From contig CAVTBU010000006.1 of NCBI GenBank assembly GCA_963733035.1, positions 608,001 through 672,000 on the forward strand: a stretch of DNA of 64,000 nt, in the 5' to 3' direction. The stretch is from Pirellulales bacterium (lineage in GTDB: Bacteria; Planctomycetota; Planctomycetia; Pirellulales; PALSA-1355). The notes under the pieces are model-generated. The model was not told the DNA's origin, did not search any database, and worked only from the letters and a program-made list of their open reading frames with translations. This document shows positions 41,120 to 50,563 of this stretch, piece after piece (within the stretch, counting starts at the first letter, position 1; every line of letters starts with the position of its first letter). The translations under genes were made by a program, and so were the position numbers.

Positions 41120-41336
41120 GGTTATTGGATCCCCTCGGGTAGCTCGAATTGTCGGGGTGAAGCCACGGGCAGAGTTCGTCGACCGGATTTCCGTGCACTT
41201 GGCGTGCGATCGCGAGAACGGTGGCCGCGGCCTTCCCTCAGCGAATTGTTAAAGGCAACTTTTCAGACGAGGTGTCTCTCCACAAAAACAGTCAAAGGGT
41301 GAAGTATTTCTACTACTTGCCGCCTGCTTCGCTCTC

Positions 41337-42575
41337 CTAATAGCTAGTTGTACGTCGCGACTCGGGCTGTGCGACCAAGTTCTCACCCGATTCGGCATCG
41401 AATACGTGCCGTCGGCTCTCCTCGACGCGAACCCACACTGGCAACCCGGCCCGCAAGCGGGCGCGTGCGTCCGCCTTACTAATTACGTAGATCCCTGCAT
41501 CTTCGTGCGTTTCGGAACTCCTTGGTTCTTCGGCAGTTCCGAGTTTCAGTTTGATCGTCGCCACGGTCGCGTCTCCGAGCATCTCAACGATTTCAACGAC
41601 CCCCCGTTGACCGTCGCGGACGGGCTCCGTCGACACGATCACGTCTTCGGGCCGAACGCCCAACGTGGCAGGCAATTTGTCAGACTCGGTCGGCCGGTTG
41701 ATACGGCAGCCGGCCAGCGAAACATGCCACGAGCCGCGCCGAAACATCCACTCACCGCCCACGCCATCGATTTCGCCTTCAATGAAATTCATTCCCGGCA
41801 TGCCAATGAAACCCGCCACAAAGCGATTGGCTGGATGGTCATATAGTTCCATCGGTGGTCCGACTTGCTGTATTTTTCCTCCATCCATCACGACGATCCG
41901 GTCTCCCAAAGTGAGGGCTTCGACCTGATCGTGCGTGACATATATCATCGTCGTAGCGAGCCGCTGGTGGAGCTGCTTCAGCTCGCGCCGCATTTCCACT
42001 CGCAGCTTGGCATCCAAATTCGAAAGTGGTTCATCGAACAGGAACACGGCCGGGTTGCGGACAATTGCTCGCCCCAGTGCCACCCGCTGCCGCTCTCCGC
42101 CCGACAATTGTCGCGGATAGCGCTCTAGCAGAGACTCGATGCCTAGGATACGGGCCGCCTGATGCACCCGCTCCGCAATCGCATACCGCCTGACTGCCAA
42201 CGCTCGCTTCTTTTCAGCCGAGAGCGCCCACCGCCACAACCTGCCTATTCCGCTTACTCCCTCGCGGAGTTCCAGCCCAAACGCCATGTTCCGGTACACC
42301 GTCATGTGCGGATACAAGGCGTAATTCTGGAACACCATCGCGACGTCTCTGTGCTTGGCAGCGACGTCGTTCACGAGGCGTGTCCCAATCGTGATCCTCC
42401 CGTCAGTGAGCTCTTCCAAGCCCGCGATCAGGCGGAGCGTCGTGGTTTTTCCACATCCGCTCGGGCCGACCAGCACGAGAAACTCGCGATCGTGAACTTC
42501 TAAACTCACTCCATCGACTGCTCGCACGCCACCGGCGTAAGCCCTCGACACGTTCTCGAGGTTCACACCCGCCAT
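41337..42575 (-). CDS. Sugar ABC transporter ATP-binding protein (MalK/UgpC family)
   Basis: GPSGCGKTT, MVFQNYALYPHM, LSGGERQR, FDEPLSNLDAKLR, YVTHDQ. Confidence 0.93.
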   Translation of the reverse strand: MAGVNLENVSRAYAGGVRAVDGVSLEVHDREFLVLVGPSGCGKTTTLRLIAGLEELTDGRITIGTRLVNDVAAKHRDVAMVFQNYALYPHMTVYRNMAFGLELREGVSGIGRLWRWALSAEKKRALAVRRYAIAERVHQAARILGIESLLERYPRQLSGGERQRVALGRAIVRNPAVFLFDEPLSNLDAKLRVEMRRELKQLHQRLATTMIYVTHDQVEALTLGDRIVVMDGGKIQQVGPPMELYDHPANRFVAGFIGMPGMNFIEGEIDGVGGEWMFRRGSWHVSLAGCRINRPTESDKLPATLGVRPEDVIVSTEPVRDGQRGVVEIVEMLGDATVATIKLKLGTAEEPRSSETHEDAGIYVISKADARARLRAGLPVWVRVEESRRHVFDAESGENLVAQPESRRTTSY

Positions 42576-42804
42576 GCCCAGTCGTCTCGATTAAACCTGC
42601 TATTCCCTAGAAACAATTTCCGCGCAAACCGTATCGCACCGAGGGGCTCCTCGACACGGTCGAAAGACCAAAAAACCTTTTCGGCAATCAACTTAGATAA
42701 ATCCGCAATCCGGTAAAGATACCGCCTGCCGCGTCGAGTGTCAAGGTGCTGGAATGGCCAGGGCGCGTCTCCCAGCACTATCCGATTCGCCCATTGGCGG
42801 GCTG

Positions 42805-42855
42805 AAAAAAGAGAAACCGGTCTGACTGCCGAGGGGAGGGCAGTCGGACCGGTTT
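42805..42855 (-). terminator. Intrinsic terminator after the His-rich gene
   Basis: 17-bp near-perfect inverted repeat AAACCGGTCTGACTGCC / GGCAGTCGGACCGGTTT followed by CTCTTTTTT on the minus strand. Confidence 0.75.
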
Positions 42856-42903
42856 GAACCGGACTCTCGTACACCGAATAGCGGTCGAGGTCGGGGTTAC
42901 TCG

Positions 42904-44643
42904 TCAGTCTTTTTCTTCCTCTGATTTGTTGGCCTTTGATTCGCCAGCGTCACGTTGATCGGCTCGACTTCCCTCGGTGTCATGCTTGCGATGCCGATGA
43001 TGCATCTTGCCAATGTCGTGCCTACGGTGCTGTGGACCGTCGCTGCCTGGATGAAATCCGTTGTTGCGACCGTGGCGAGGGCCACCGTCCCTTTTAAACC
43101 CCGCCATGGGCATTTGGTCCCAACCGGGACGTTGTGCCCCAGGCATCATCGACCGACCACCGCGAGGTGGAAACGCCGTTTCCTCGCGGCTGCGGCCGTG
43201 GGACGCCTCTGGGCCACGGAAATGCGCCATGCCAAGTGCGTGGTGTGGACCTGCCCCGTCATGGCCCCAATGCAGGCCAGCGCGGCGAAATTGGCTGGCG
43301 AATTGCGAATGGCCCTGTGCGTGTGACCAGTTGCGGTGCCAATTGCCATGGAGGCCGTGGCCGTATTGACCCCGGCCCTGAGACCGGTGGTACGCGAAAT
43401 GTGATCGGCCATGTCGCTGATTCGGATGGCGGCCGGCGAAACGGTGGTTTGGGCCACCGTGACCCGGTCTGCCGAAGCCGCAGTGTCGGCGGTGGTTGTC
43501 ATGGGCGGCAAGGCCATGGGCGCGGCCGTGATGACCATGTCCCCAAGCGATGCCGTGGCGCGTGTGCTGACTTGGCCCGAAAGATCTGTGGTGCCGGAAG
43601 GATTTCCGCACAAAGTTCCCGCGTGAACGATGTTGCCCGTGATATGAAAAGGACCGCTGACCATGTTCGTGTCCCATGGCGCGTGCGACCTTGCCCCAGG
43701 CCTCGGAATGCGCGTCGCGGCGATGGCCCGTCACATTCGGACGATGCCGGAATTGGCCGTCCAGCGATCGCACAGCATGATGGCCACGTGTGCCGCGAGG
43801 ATGGCGAGCGTGGGCAGATGGTGATTTGTAATGTCGAGAAGCGTGCTTCTTGCCCTGTTTCTTTTCACGTGTGCTCCGGGGTGGGCCTTCCGAATCGGCC
43901 GTCTCTTCCGCGTCCTCGTTTTCGCGGTCGGCGGTCAGGACCGAGAGCGTTTGGCCCGCTGGCGGAATGGCCGCCCCACCACGGCTGCGTCGCCCGCGGG
44001 GACCTTGTCCGCGGCCACCTTGTCCGCGCAACTCACCCGTGAACGGCTCCCCAGTCATTTCTTTCCACCTGGCTTGTTGTTCCGCGGTCAGCACTCCCTG
44101 GAGTTTCTTGCCGGTGGCTTTGCGCACTTCGGCGAACTTCATCCGCACGGCCTCGCGGTCACCATCGGCGGCTCCTTGGAACAGGCCGCGCATCTCATCA
44201 CGGGCAGAGGTTTGGATCTCTTCGATCTTCTCTTTCTGTTCGTCGGTGAGACCGAGCGCGGAAGCCACTTTGGAGGTGGTCAGTGCCTGGCCGCCTTGGA
44301 CTTGCAGCGCGATTTGCCGAAGCCGTTTTTGCTGTCCTTCATCGAGGATCGCCGAAACGGCCTTTTGGGCCTGCTCGCGGACTTCGGCCATTCGCTTCTG
44401 GCGTTCCTCGCGGCTGAGGTCGCGAAGTTCGCCGAATGACTCGCGTTGCTTTTCGAATGGCGCTTCAAGTTTCTTGATCTGGTCTTCGGTGAGATTAAGC
44501 TCGTCCTGCACCGACTTCTGAGACAGCAGCATCAGACCGCCACCATCAAAACCGCCTCCCCCTGGGCCGCCTCGTTGGGCCCAAGCGGTGGGCACCGCAA
44601 ACACGGTTGCCACCAAAACAATTGCAATGCCGGACGTCCGCAT
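42904..44643 (-). CDS. Exported Spy/CpxP(LTXXQ)-like protein with a long His/Arg/Gly-rich tail
   Basis: AGGAG RBS; signal peptide ending AWA-Q; LNLTEDQ, LGLTDEQ, VLTAEQ repeats; low-complexity C-terminal half. Confidence 0.7.
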   Translation of the reverse strand: MRTSGIAIVLVATVFAVPTAWAQRGGPGGGGFDGGGLMLLSQKSVQDELNLTEDQIKKLEAPFEKQRESFGELRDLSREERQKRMAEVREQAQKAVSAILDEGQQKRLRQIALQVQGGQALTTSKVASALGLTDEQKEKIEEIQTSARDEMRGLFQGAADGDREAVRMKFAEVRKATGKKLQGVLTAEQQARWKEMTGEPFTGELRGQGGRGQGPRGRRSRGGAAIPPAGQTLSVLTADRENEDAEETADSEGPPRSTREKKQGKKHASRHYKSPSAHARHPRGTRGHHAVRSLDGQFRHRPNVTGHRRDAHSEAWGKVARAMGHEHGQRSFSYHGQHRSRGNFVRKSFRHHRSFGPSQHTRHGIAWGHGHHGRAHGLAAHDNHRRHCGFGRPGHGGPNHRFAGRHPNQRHGRSHFAYHRSQGRGQYGHGLHGNWHRNWSHAQGHSQFASQFRRAGLHWGHDGAGPHHALGMAHFRGPEASHGRSREETAFPPRGGRSMMPGAQRPGWDQMPMAGFKRDGGPRHGRNNGFHPGSDGPQHRRHDIGKMHHRHRKHDTEGSRADQRDAGESKANKSEEEKD

Positions 44644-44905
44644 GGTTGTTCTCCTGGTTCCTCGACCTCTTGAGCGTGTCGCGCCTAGGGAAAGTCGATT
44701 TCCGCGAGCGCGCCACTGGCCAGTAGACGGCCAGTATTGCCGCGAATGCGAAAAAAGGGGCAGGGCAGCTACATGCTACCGTTCTGTCCACGGCGACTGC
44801 GTAAGAGTGCCGTTCCTAAGATATGAAACCGGCGGCGAGGGTTTGAGTTTCGCGGGATTCGTTGCGAAACCCGACTTGTGCAGTGCCATGCGGCAGCATG
44901 GGCAA

Positions 44906-46237
44906 TCAGTTTTCCAGGGATGATACGAGGACTGCGCTGGCTTGGCCTTGCGGCGTCACGTTAATGTTCATGAAGCTCTGGCCCGGGTCGTCGCCATTGC
45001 GATTGATGGCCAGTGGGCATTTTGGGTCGGGCGTTTCGTAGTTGAGCACCGGGAACAGTCGTTTGTTTTGCAATGCCAAAACGCTGGCGACAATCTCGAT
45101 CAACCCGCTGCCAGCGCCGAGATTGCCGAAATTGCTCTTGGCGGCTACGACCGGCAGCCTGGCCGTCTGTTCGCCGAAGATGTCCTGGATCGCTTTCGCT
45201 TCTTCTTCGTCACTGGTGCGCGTGCTTAGCCCATGGGCGTGGACGTGACCGACGTCGGCCGTCGTGCGGTCGGCATCGCGGAGCGTAGCTGCCATGACGT
45301 TCTTTAGCGCGGTTTCTCGTTGGGCAATGCCGCTCAGGTCGGCCACGGAACTGGAAGCCGTGCCGAGCACTTCGGCATAGATGCGAGCGCCGCGCCTCCT
45401 GGCGGACTCAAATTCTTCCAGCACGATGGCGCCCGCCCCTTCACCCAGAACCATGCCGCCGCGATTCAAATCAAAGGGCCGGCTTGCTTTCGCGGGTTCC
45501 ACGCCGTTGGCGGCCACTTCTTCTTGTGTCAGTGAGTGCACCATTTTCATGGGGTGAATGCGTGTGCCAGTGGCACCCGTCACGATGATCTCGGCGCTGC
45601 CGCGGATGATCGTGCGGTAGGCCTCTCCGACGGCCGCATTGGCCGATGCCTCCCGCAGCGTGATGGAATTGTTCGGACCGCGAAGGTCGTTGTAAATTGC
45701 GACATGGCTGGCTGGCATGTTGGGCAAATACTTGAGCAGCCACAGTGGCGTAAGCTGCTGCATCCCTTCGCTGGCCCAACGGGTGAAATCAAAATTCCCG
45801 TCCTCATCGATGCACTTCATAATGCCGGCGGCGAAGTCGTCGGGCAGCGTGAGCATATAGTCGGACCCGAACAACACACCGATGCGCTCTGGATCGAGTT
45901 GACCGCTATCGACCAGCCCTGCGTCGGTGAGCGCTCGCTGTGCCGCGGCAACACCCATTTGGGATTCGCGGCACATGATTTTGAGGCCTTTGCGAATGGC
46001 CTTTTTTTTCTCGCTTTCCAGCGTTCCAAAATCGTCGATCTTGCCAGTGAATTCTCGGGCTTCGGCGGCGAACGCCGTCGGCAAATAATCGACCGGCACC
46101 GTTTCCAACGGGGCCACGCCGCTCCTGCTGTTTGTGAGTCCTTCCCAGAGCGATTCCAGCGTTATGCCCAAGGGGCTGATGACCCCCATTCCCGTAATGA
46201 CCACGCGCCGTGAAGTATTCATATCCGCTTTTGCCAC
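44906..46237 (-). CDS. Non-canonical beta-ketoacyl-ACP synthase (FabF paralog, Cys->Glu, His->Asn)
   Basis: RRVVITGMG, SRPFD..R.G.VLGEGAG, HAHG; the active-site loop reads ITLREAS and the KS.GH motif reads KSNFGN. Confidence 0.85.
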   Translation of the reverse strand: MAKADMNTSRRVVITGMGVISPLGITLESLWEGLTNSRSGVAPLETVPVDYLPTAFAAEAREFTGKIDDFGTLESEKKKAIRKGLKIMCRESQMGVAAAQRALTDAGLVDSGQLDPERIGVLFGSDYMLTLPDDFAAGIMKCIDEDGNFDFTRWASEGMQQLTPLWLLKYLPNMPASHVAIYNDLRGPNNSITLREASANAAVGEAYRTIIRGSAEIIVTGATGTRIHPMKMVHSLTQEEVAANGVEPAKASRPFDLNRGGMVLGEGAGAIVLEEFESARRRGARIYAEVLGTASSSVADLSGIAQRETALKNVMAATLRDADRTTADVGHVHAHGLSTRTSDEEEAKAIQDIFGEQTARLPVVAAKSNFGNLGAGSGLIEIVASVLALQNKRLFPVLNYETPDPKCPLAINRNGDDPGQSFMNINVTPQGQASAVLVSSLEN

Positions 46238-46369
46238 GTTCCAATTGTTCCGGCTCGCGCGCCGTGCGAGCCGCCAGTTTATCGTTATACCGGGCAGTTG
46301 GCGAGTGACCCTGCGGGTTGGGCAAAGTTTGCTGCCCCGTATGCATCTCGATCAGCTGCTAGCGATAAC

Positions 46370-47684
46370 CTAGTAGCGATTGTGGATCATGCTCGCTTCG
46401 CGCTGGCCCGGTTGAAGTGCCGTCGGCTGCATGCCAAGTTTGCCGCGGCACTCGACAAAGATCAGCATTTCGGCACGCGGGGGCCCGGAAAGCAGCGGCA
46501 CGGAAAGGGTGCCTGCCGCATCTGGCACCGGTGTGGGGCCTACTCCCTGGCTAATTAGCAGTACCTGATCGGCCGGCCAACGGAAGCGTTCGTGCATTCG
46601 CGAACTGACCGGCTGTGGGACTTCAATTTTTTGCCGTTGCCGCGGGGCGGCAGTCGTGGGAACTTCGATCATCACGGGGATCATCTTTTCAACCTGGTCG
46701 ACTTCACATCGAACGACCGCGTCCACCACAGCGCCATCGATCGAGAGCAGGGGATTGAATTCCAGCTTGAAGCCCTCGTCGAATTGCCCCATGACCGGTT
46801 CAAAGCCGGGCCAAGTGCCGTCGGCTTTGAGAATCACGTCGCGGATGTAGTTGCGGGTCTGATTTGCCGAAATCTGCTTCGATTGTCCGTTGTTGACCAT
46901 CAGGTGCGGAGTGCCGTGTTCCTGGAAGTCGCTGCGGCGACGCATATCTGCCAATAGCAGGGCCGCATCTTCCTTGGCCAACAGCCAAGCCTGCGCGCCT
47001 TGCGACTGCGTGGCTACCGCGTGCAACACCTGGTGATGCTTGGCTCGCCAATCGGGACTGCGCAGCGTGACGACCCGCATGCCAAAGACGATTGATTCGG
47101 CTTCGGAATTGACGAAGCGATCGACCACGCCCTGCACGACCGCGTGCATTTGCGGGGTGTGGTAAACGCTTAAGCGGCGGTTGTCGATGCTGAGAATGGC
47201 CAGGGGCTGAGTGTGCCAAGCCTCGTAGCCGGTTTCACGCAAGATCCAATCGAGAATCGCCTGTTCTGGTTTGACGGTCGATGTGACTCGGGCCGTGTAC
47301 GGGGTAATATCGTATTCTCGCCATTCCTGGCCGCCGTCGTTCGGCAACGTACCCGGGCCAGGCGAAACGCGAGCAATCGGCGCGCGAGCCTGAATGGGGG
47401 CGGCCAGGTTCTGCGGCGCCGAGGCAGGAGCCTGGCCCGCCGGAGGTTGGGCGGTAGGAAGTTGTCCGAGTGGCGGTTGCGCGACCGGGGCGAGTTGCGT
47501 CGCGCTACGCGCGTGTCACCGTGCCAGGAGATCGCCACTTCATGCCGCCGTCGGATGCGTGTTCAGTATTGGCCGCTGCCGGCGTGCCGCCGGACAGGCC
47601 AGGCAGACTACGTGGCTGTTGTCCCAGTGTCGGGATGGCCGCCGACCACGCGGCAGCGAAAAACAATAAACGTCGAAAGAGCAT
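46370..47684 (-). CDS. Exported protein with secretin-like C-terminal region, frameshifted near 47507
   Basis: AAGGAGG RBS and ATG at 47684 give MLFRRLLFFAAAWSAAIPTLGQ (signal-like), stopping at 47505-47507; another frame continues through a Pro/Ala/Gln linker into the 46370..47347 ORF. Confidence 0.6.
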
Positions 47685-47839
47685 GGGGTCGGCCTCCTTG
47701 CCTGCATTCCCAGAAGCACACGCCGCGGGCCGCGCACTTCAGTCCACGTGCTCGATGGGGCGGGAAGTATAGGAAGGACCGCATGGGGCAGCAATAGCGG
47801 TCGGGTTGCTAGCAAGCGGACAGCAGAAACTCTGTCGAA

Positions 47840-49090
47840 CTATAGCCGACCGCTGCGCAGTCGGCCAATCAGAACCGACGCGTTGTGGCCGCCAAAGCCG
47901 AAGCTGTTACTCATTGCGGCGCTGATTTTTCGCTCGCGGGCGGTGTTCGGCGTGTAGTCCAGATCACAGAGAGGGTCCGGGTTTTCGAGATTGATCGTCG
48001 GCGGCACGACATTGTCCCGAAGCGTCAGCACGCTGAGTACCAGTTCGATGCCGCCGCTGGCCCCCAGCGAATGGCCAAGCTGGCTTTTTGTGCTGGAGAT
48101 ACTCAGCTCCCGGGCGTGTTCACCAAAGACTTTCTTAATGGCCGCCGTCTCGGCCTGATCACCCAGGGGCGTACTCGTGCCATGGGCATTGATATAGGTG
48201 ACCGTTTCTGGGCCGACCTGCCCATCTTCCAGGGCTCGTTTCATGGCCTGCGCGGCGCCGGTGCCCTCCTCGTCGGGCTGGGTAATGTGACCGGCGTCGG
48301 CACTGGCGCCGTAGCCCAGCACTTCGGCATATATCTTCGCACCTCGCTTGCGCGCGTGTTCCAGTTCTTCGAATACCAGCAAGCCCGCCCCTTCTGCCAG
48401 GACGAAACCGTCCCGCTCGCGGTCGAAGGGTCTGCTGGCGCGAGTTGGTTCTTCGTTGCGTTCGCTCAATGCCCGCATATTGGCAAAACCGCTAATGCCC
48501 ATTGGCGTGATGGCTGCTTCGCTGCCGCCAGTAATCATGATGTCGGCTTCGTCATATTGAATGCACTTGAATGCATCGCCGATGGCGTTGGTAGCACTCG
48601 CACAAGCAGTGGCCACGGCGTAGTTGGGTCCGCGAAGGCCATATTCGATCGAAATCTGGCCGCTAGCGGCGTTGAGCATCAGCTTGGGAATTGTGAAGGC
48701 CGAGACCTTGTCAGGACCCTTATGCAGCAGACGTTCAACCTGCGTTTCGATTTCATGCAGGCCGCCGATGCCCGAACCGAGGATTACGCCGGAGCGGAAA
48801 GGATCGAGTGTGCTGAAGTCGATGCCGCTGTCGCGCACGGCGTCGATGCCGGCGACCATGGCAAACTGCGTGAAGCGGTCGATGCGCTTGGCATCCTTGG
48901 GAGACATGTAGTCGCCCGTGGTCCAATCGTAAAGGTCACCGCCGAAATGCACCTTGTGGCCGGTGGTGTCGAACAGCCGGATCTTATGGATCCCGCTTTC
49001 ACCCGCCACCACGCGCTTCCAAAGGTCTTCGACCTGCCAACTGAGCGAAGTGACCGCGCCCAGTCCGGTTACGACGACGCGCCGTTTCAT
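47840..49090 (-). CDS. fabF: 3-oxoacyl-ACP synthase II
   Basis: TACAS, NAHGTST, KSQLGH, SNSFGFGGHN: intact Cys-His-His triad. Confidence 0.96.
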   Translation of the reverse strand: MKRRVVVTGLGAVTSLSWQVEDLWKRVVAGESGIHKIRLFDTTGHKVHFGGDLYDWTTGDYMSPKDAKRIDRFTQFAMVAGIDAVRDSGIDFSTLDPFRSGVILGSGIGGLHEIETQVERLLHKGPDKVSAFTIPKLMLNAASGQISIEYGLRGPNYAVATACASATNAIGDAFKCIQYDEADIMITGGSEAAITPMGISGFANMRALSERNEEPTRASRPFDRERDGFVLAEGAGLLVFEELEHARKRGAKIYAEVLGYGASADAGHITQPDEEGTGAAQAMKRALEDGQVGPETVTYINAHGTSTPLGDQAETAAIKKVFGEHARELSISSTKSQLGHSLGASGGIELVLSVLTLRDNVVPPTINLENPDPLCDLDYTPNTARERKISAAMSNSFGFGGHNASVLIGRLRSGRL

Positions 49091-49115
49091 GTATCCCTGC
49101 TTACGGCTGAGTAGC

Positions 49116-49352
49116 TTACGACTGGGAAGCTTCGATGAATTGCACCGCTTGGCCGACGGTTTGGATCTTTTCGGCCGCGTCGTCGGGAATGGTAATGTCG
49201 AACTCTTCTTCCAGTTCCATCACCAACTCGACTGTGTCCAGGGAGTCCGCACCCAAATCGTTCACAAACGACGTTTCGGGTGTGATCTTTTCTTTGTCCA
49301 CGCCCAACTGCTCGGCCACAATGTCGATCACACGTTCTTGAACTGACGCCAC
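49116..49352 (-). CDS. acpP: Acyl carrier protein
   Basis: [20 protein letters not shown]. Confidence 0.97.
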   Translation of the reverse strand: MASVQERVIDIVAEQLGVDKEKITPETSFVNDLGADSLDTVELVMELEEEFDITIPDDAAEKIQTVGQAVQFIEASQS

Positions 49353-49705
49353 CTTCGCGATCCTCCAACTGATTCGGTATATTGGGGAGACCCAGACCGT
49401 TCGCTCCCTTTATTCGCCGGGCCAAAATCCTTCAGGCGAAGTCTCTGGGGCGGCTGTAAACTGCATTCAATGGACACAAAAATAGAGGATTTCCATAAGA
49501 CAGGTCAAGATAGAAAGTTTTAGCTCACCTGTCCATATCTCCTGGTACCCGCTGTCCACCGGGTGAGCGGCTCAGTACCTGTTTCTTAACAGTTGCCGCT
49601 GAGTGCCCGCGGGTCACACCCCTATCTGAATCCTTCGGCATTGGGACGCACTTCTTTGAAAACGCGGTTTCCGGCCGGTATTGCCGGCTGGTTTTTCGCC
49701 TATCG

Positions 49706-50482
49706 TTATGCCACTAGTCCACCGTCGACCGTCAGCACCTGGCCCGTGATGTAATTGGCTCCATCGCTGGCCAAAAAGAGGACGGCAGCGGCAACATCGT
49801 CGACGCGTCCCAATCGCCTGGCCGGCACCCGTTTCTTCACCTCGTCGAGAACCGCAGCACCGAGCGCCTCGGTCATTTCTGTTTCGATGAAGCCCGGCGC
49901 CACGGCGTTGACGGTGATTTTGCGGCTGGCCAACTCCTTGGCCACGGTGCGGGTTAGGCCAATGACCCCGGCTTTCGACGCCGAATAATTTGCCTGACCT
50001 GGATTGCCCGTCAGTCCCGACACGCTTGCGATATTGATGATCCGGCCGTAGCGGGCATGCATCATCGGGCGGGTAGCGGCCCGCGTGAACAGGAACGTGC
50101 CGCGGAGGTTGGTGTTGATAACGTTGTCCCAGTCTTCGTCCGACATGCGAGGGATAAGCGTATCGCGAGTGATGCCGGCGTTGTTGACTACAATGTGCAG
50201 TTTTCCCCACGTTTCGGTGACGCGGTCGACAACTTGCTGTACGCTGTCCCCGTTGGTGACGTCGCAAGCAAAAACTTCAGCTGTTCCGCCGGCCGCGGCA
50301 ATCGCATTTGCCGTTTCGGCCAACTTCTCTGCGCTGCGTGCCACGCAGGCAACTTTCGCACCACTGCGAGCTAGGGCAATGGCGATCGCCCGGCCAATGC
50401 CCTGCGAGGCTCCAGTGACGATGGCCGCCTGGTTGGCCAGATCCACCTGCAGGGATCGCTTGACAAGATCAGATTCCATCAT
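49706..50482 (-). CDS. fabG: 3-oxoacyl-ACP reductase
   Basis: TGASQGIG, NNAGITRD, GNPGQANYSASKAG, VAPGFIET. Confidence 0.96.
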   Translation of the reverse strand: MMESDLVKRSLQVDLANQAAIVTGASQGIGRAIAIALARSGAKVACVARSAEKLAETANAIAAAGGTAEVFACDVTNGDSVQQVVDRVTETWGKLHIVVNNAGITRDTLIPRMSDEDWDNVINTNLRGTFLFTRAATRPMMHARYGRIINIASVSGLTGNPGQANYSASKAGVIGLTRTVAKELASRKITVNAVAPGFIETEMTEALGAAVLDEVKKRVPARRLGRVDDVAAAVLFLASDGANYITGQVLTVDGGLVA

Positions 50483-50563
50483 GTGGTTAGCTCCGCTGGA
50501 AACAGTAAGATGCGGCGAATCCTAGCCCGAAGTTTTCGCCAGGGAAAGACAGATCGTCGGCGT

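Noticed and set aside
43134..44521. Several long alternative-frame and antisense ORFs over the His-rich gene
   Set aside because: Expected shadows of GC-rich, CAT/GGC-rich coding DNA; only the 579-aa frame has RBS, signal peptide and terminator.
47885..49114. 409-aa antisense ORF over fabF, and similar shadow ORFs across the window
   Set aside because: High-GC antisense shadows of clearly conserved genes.
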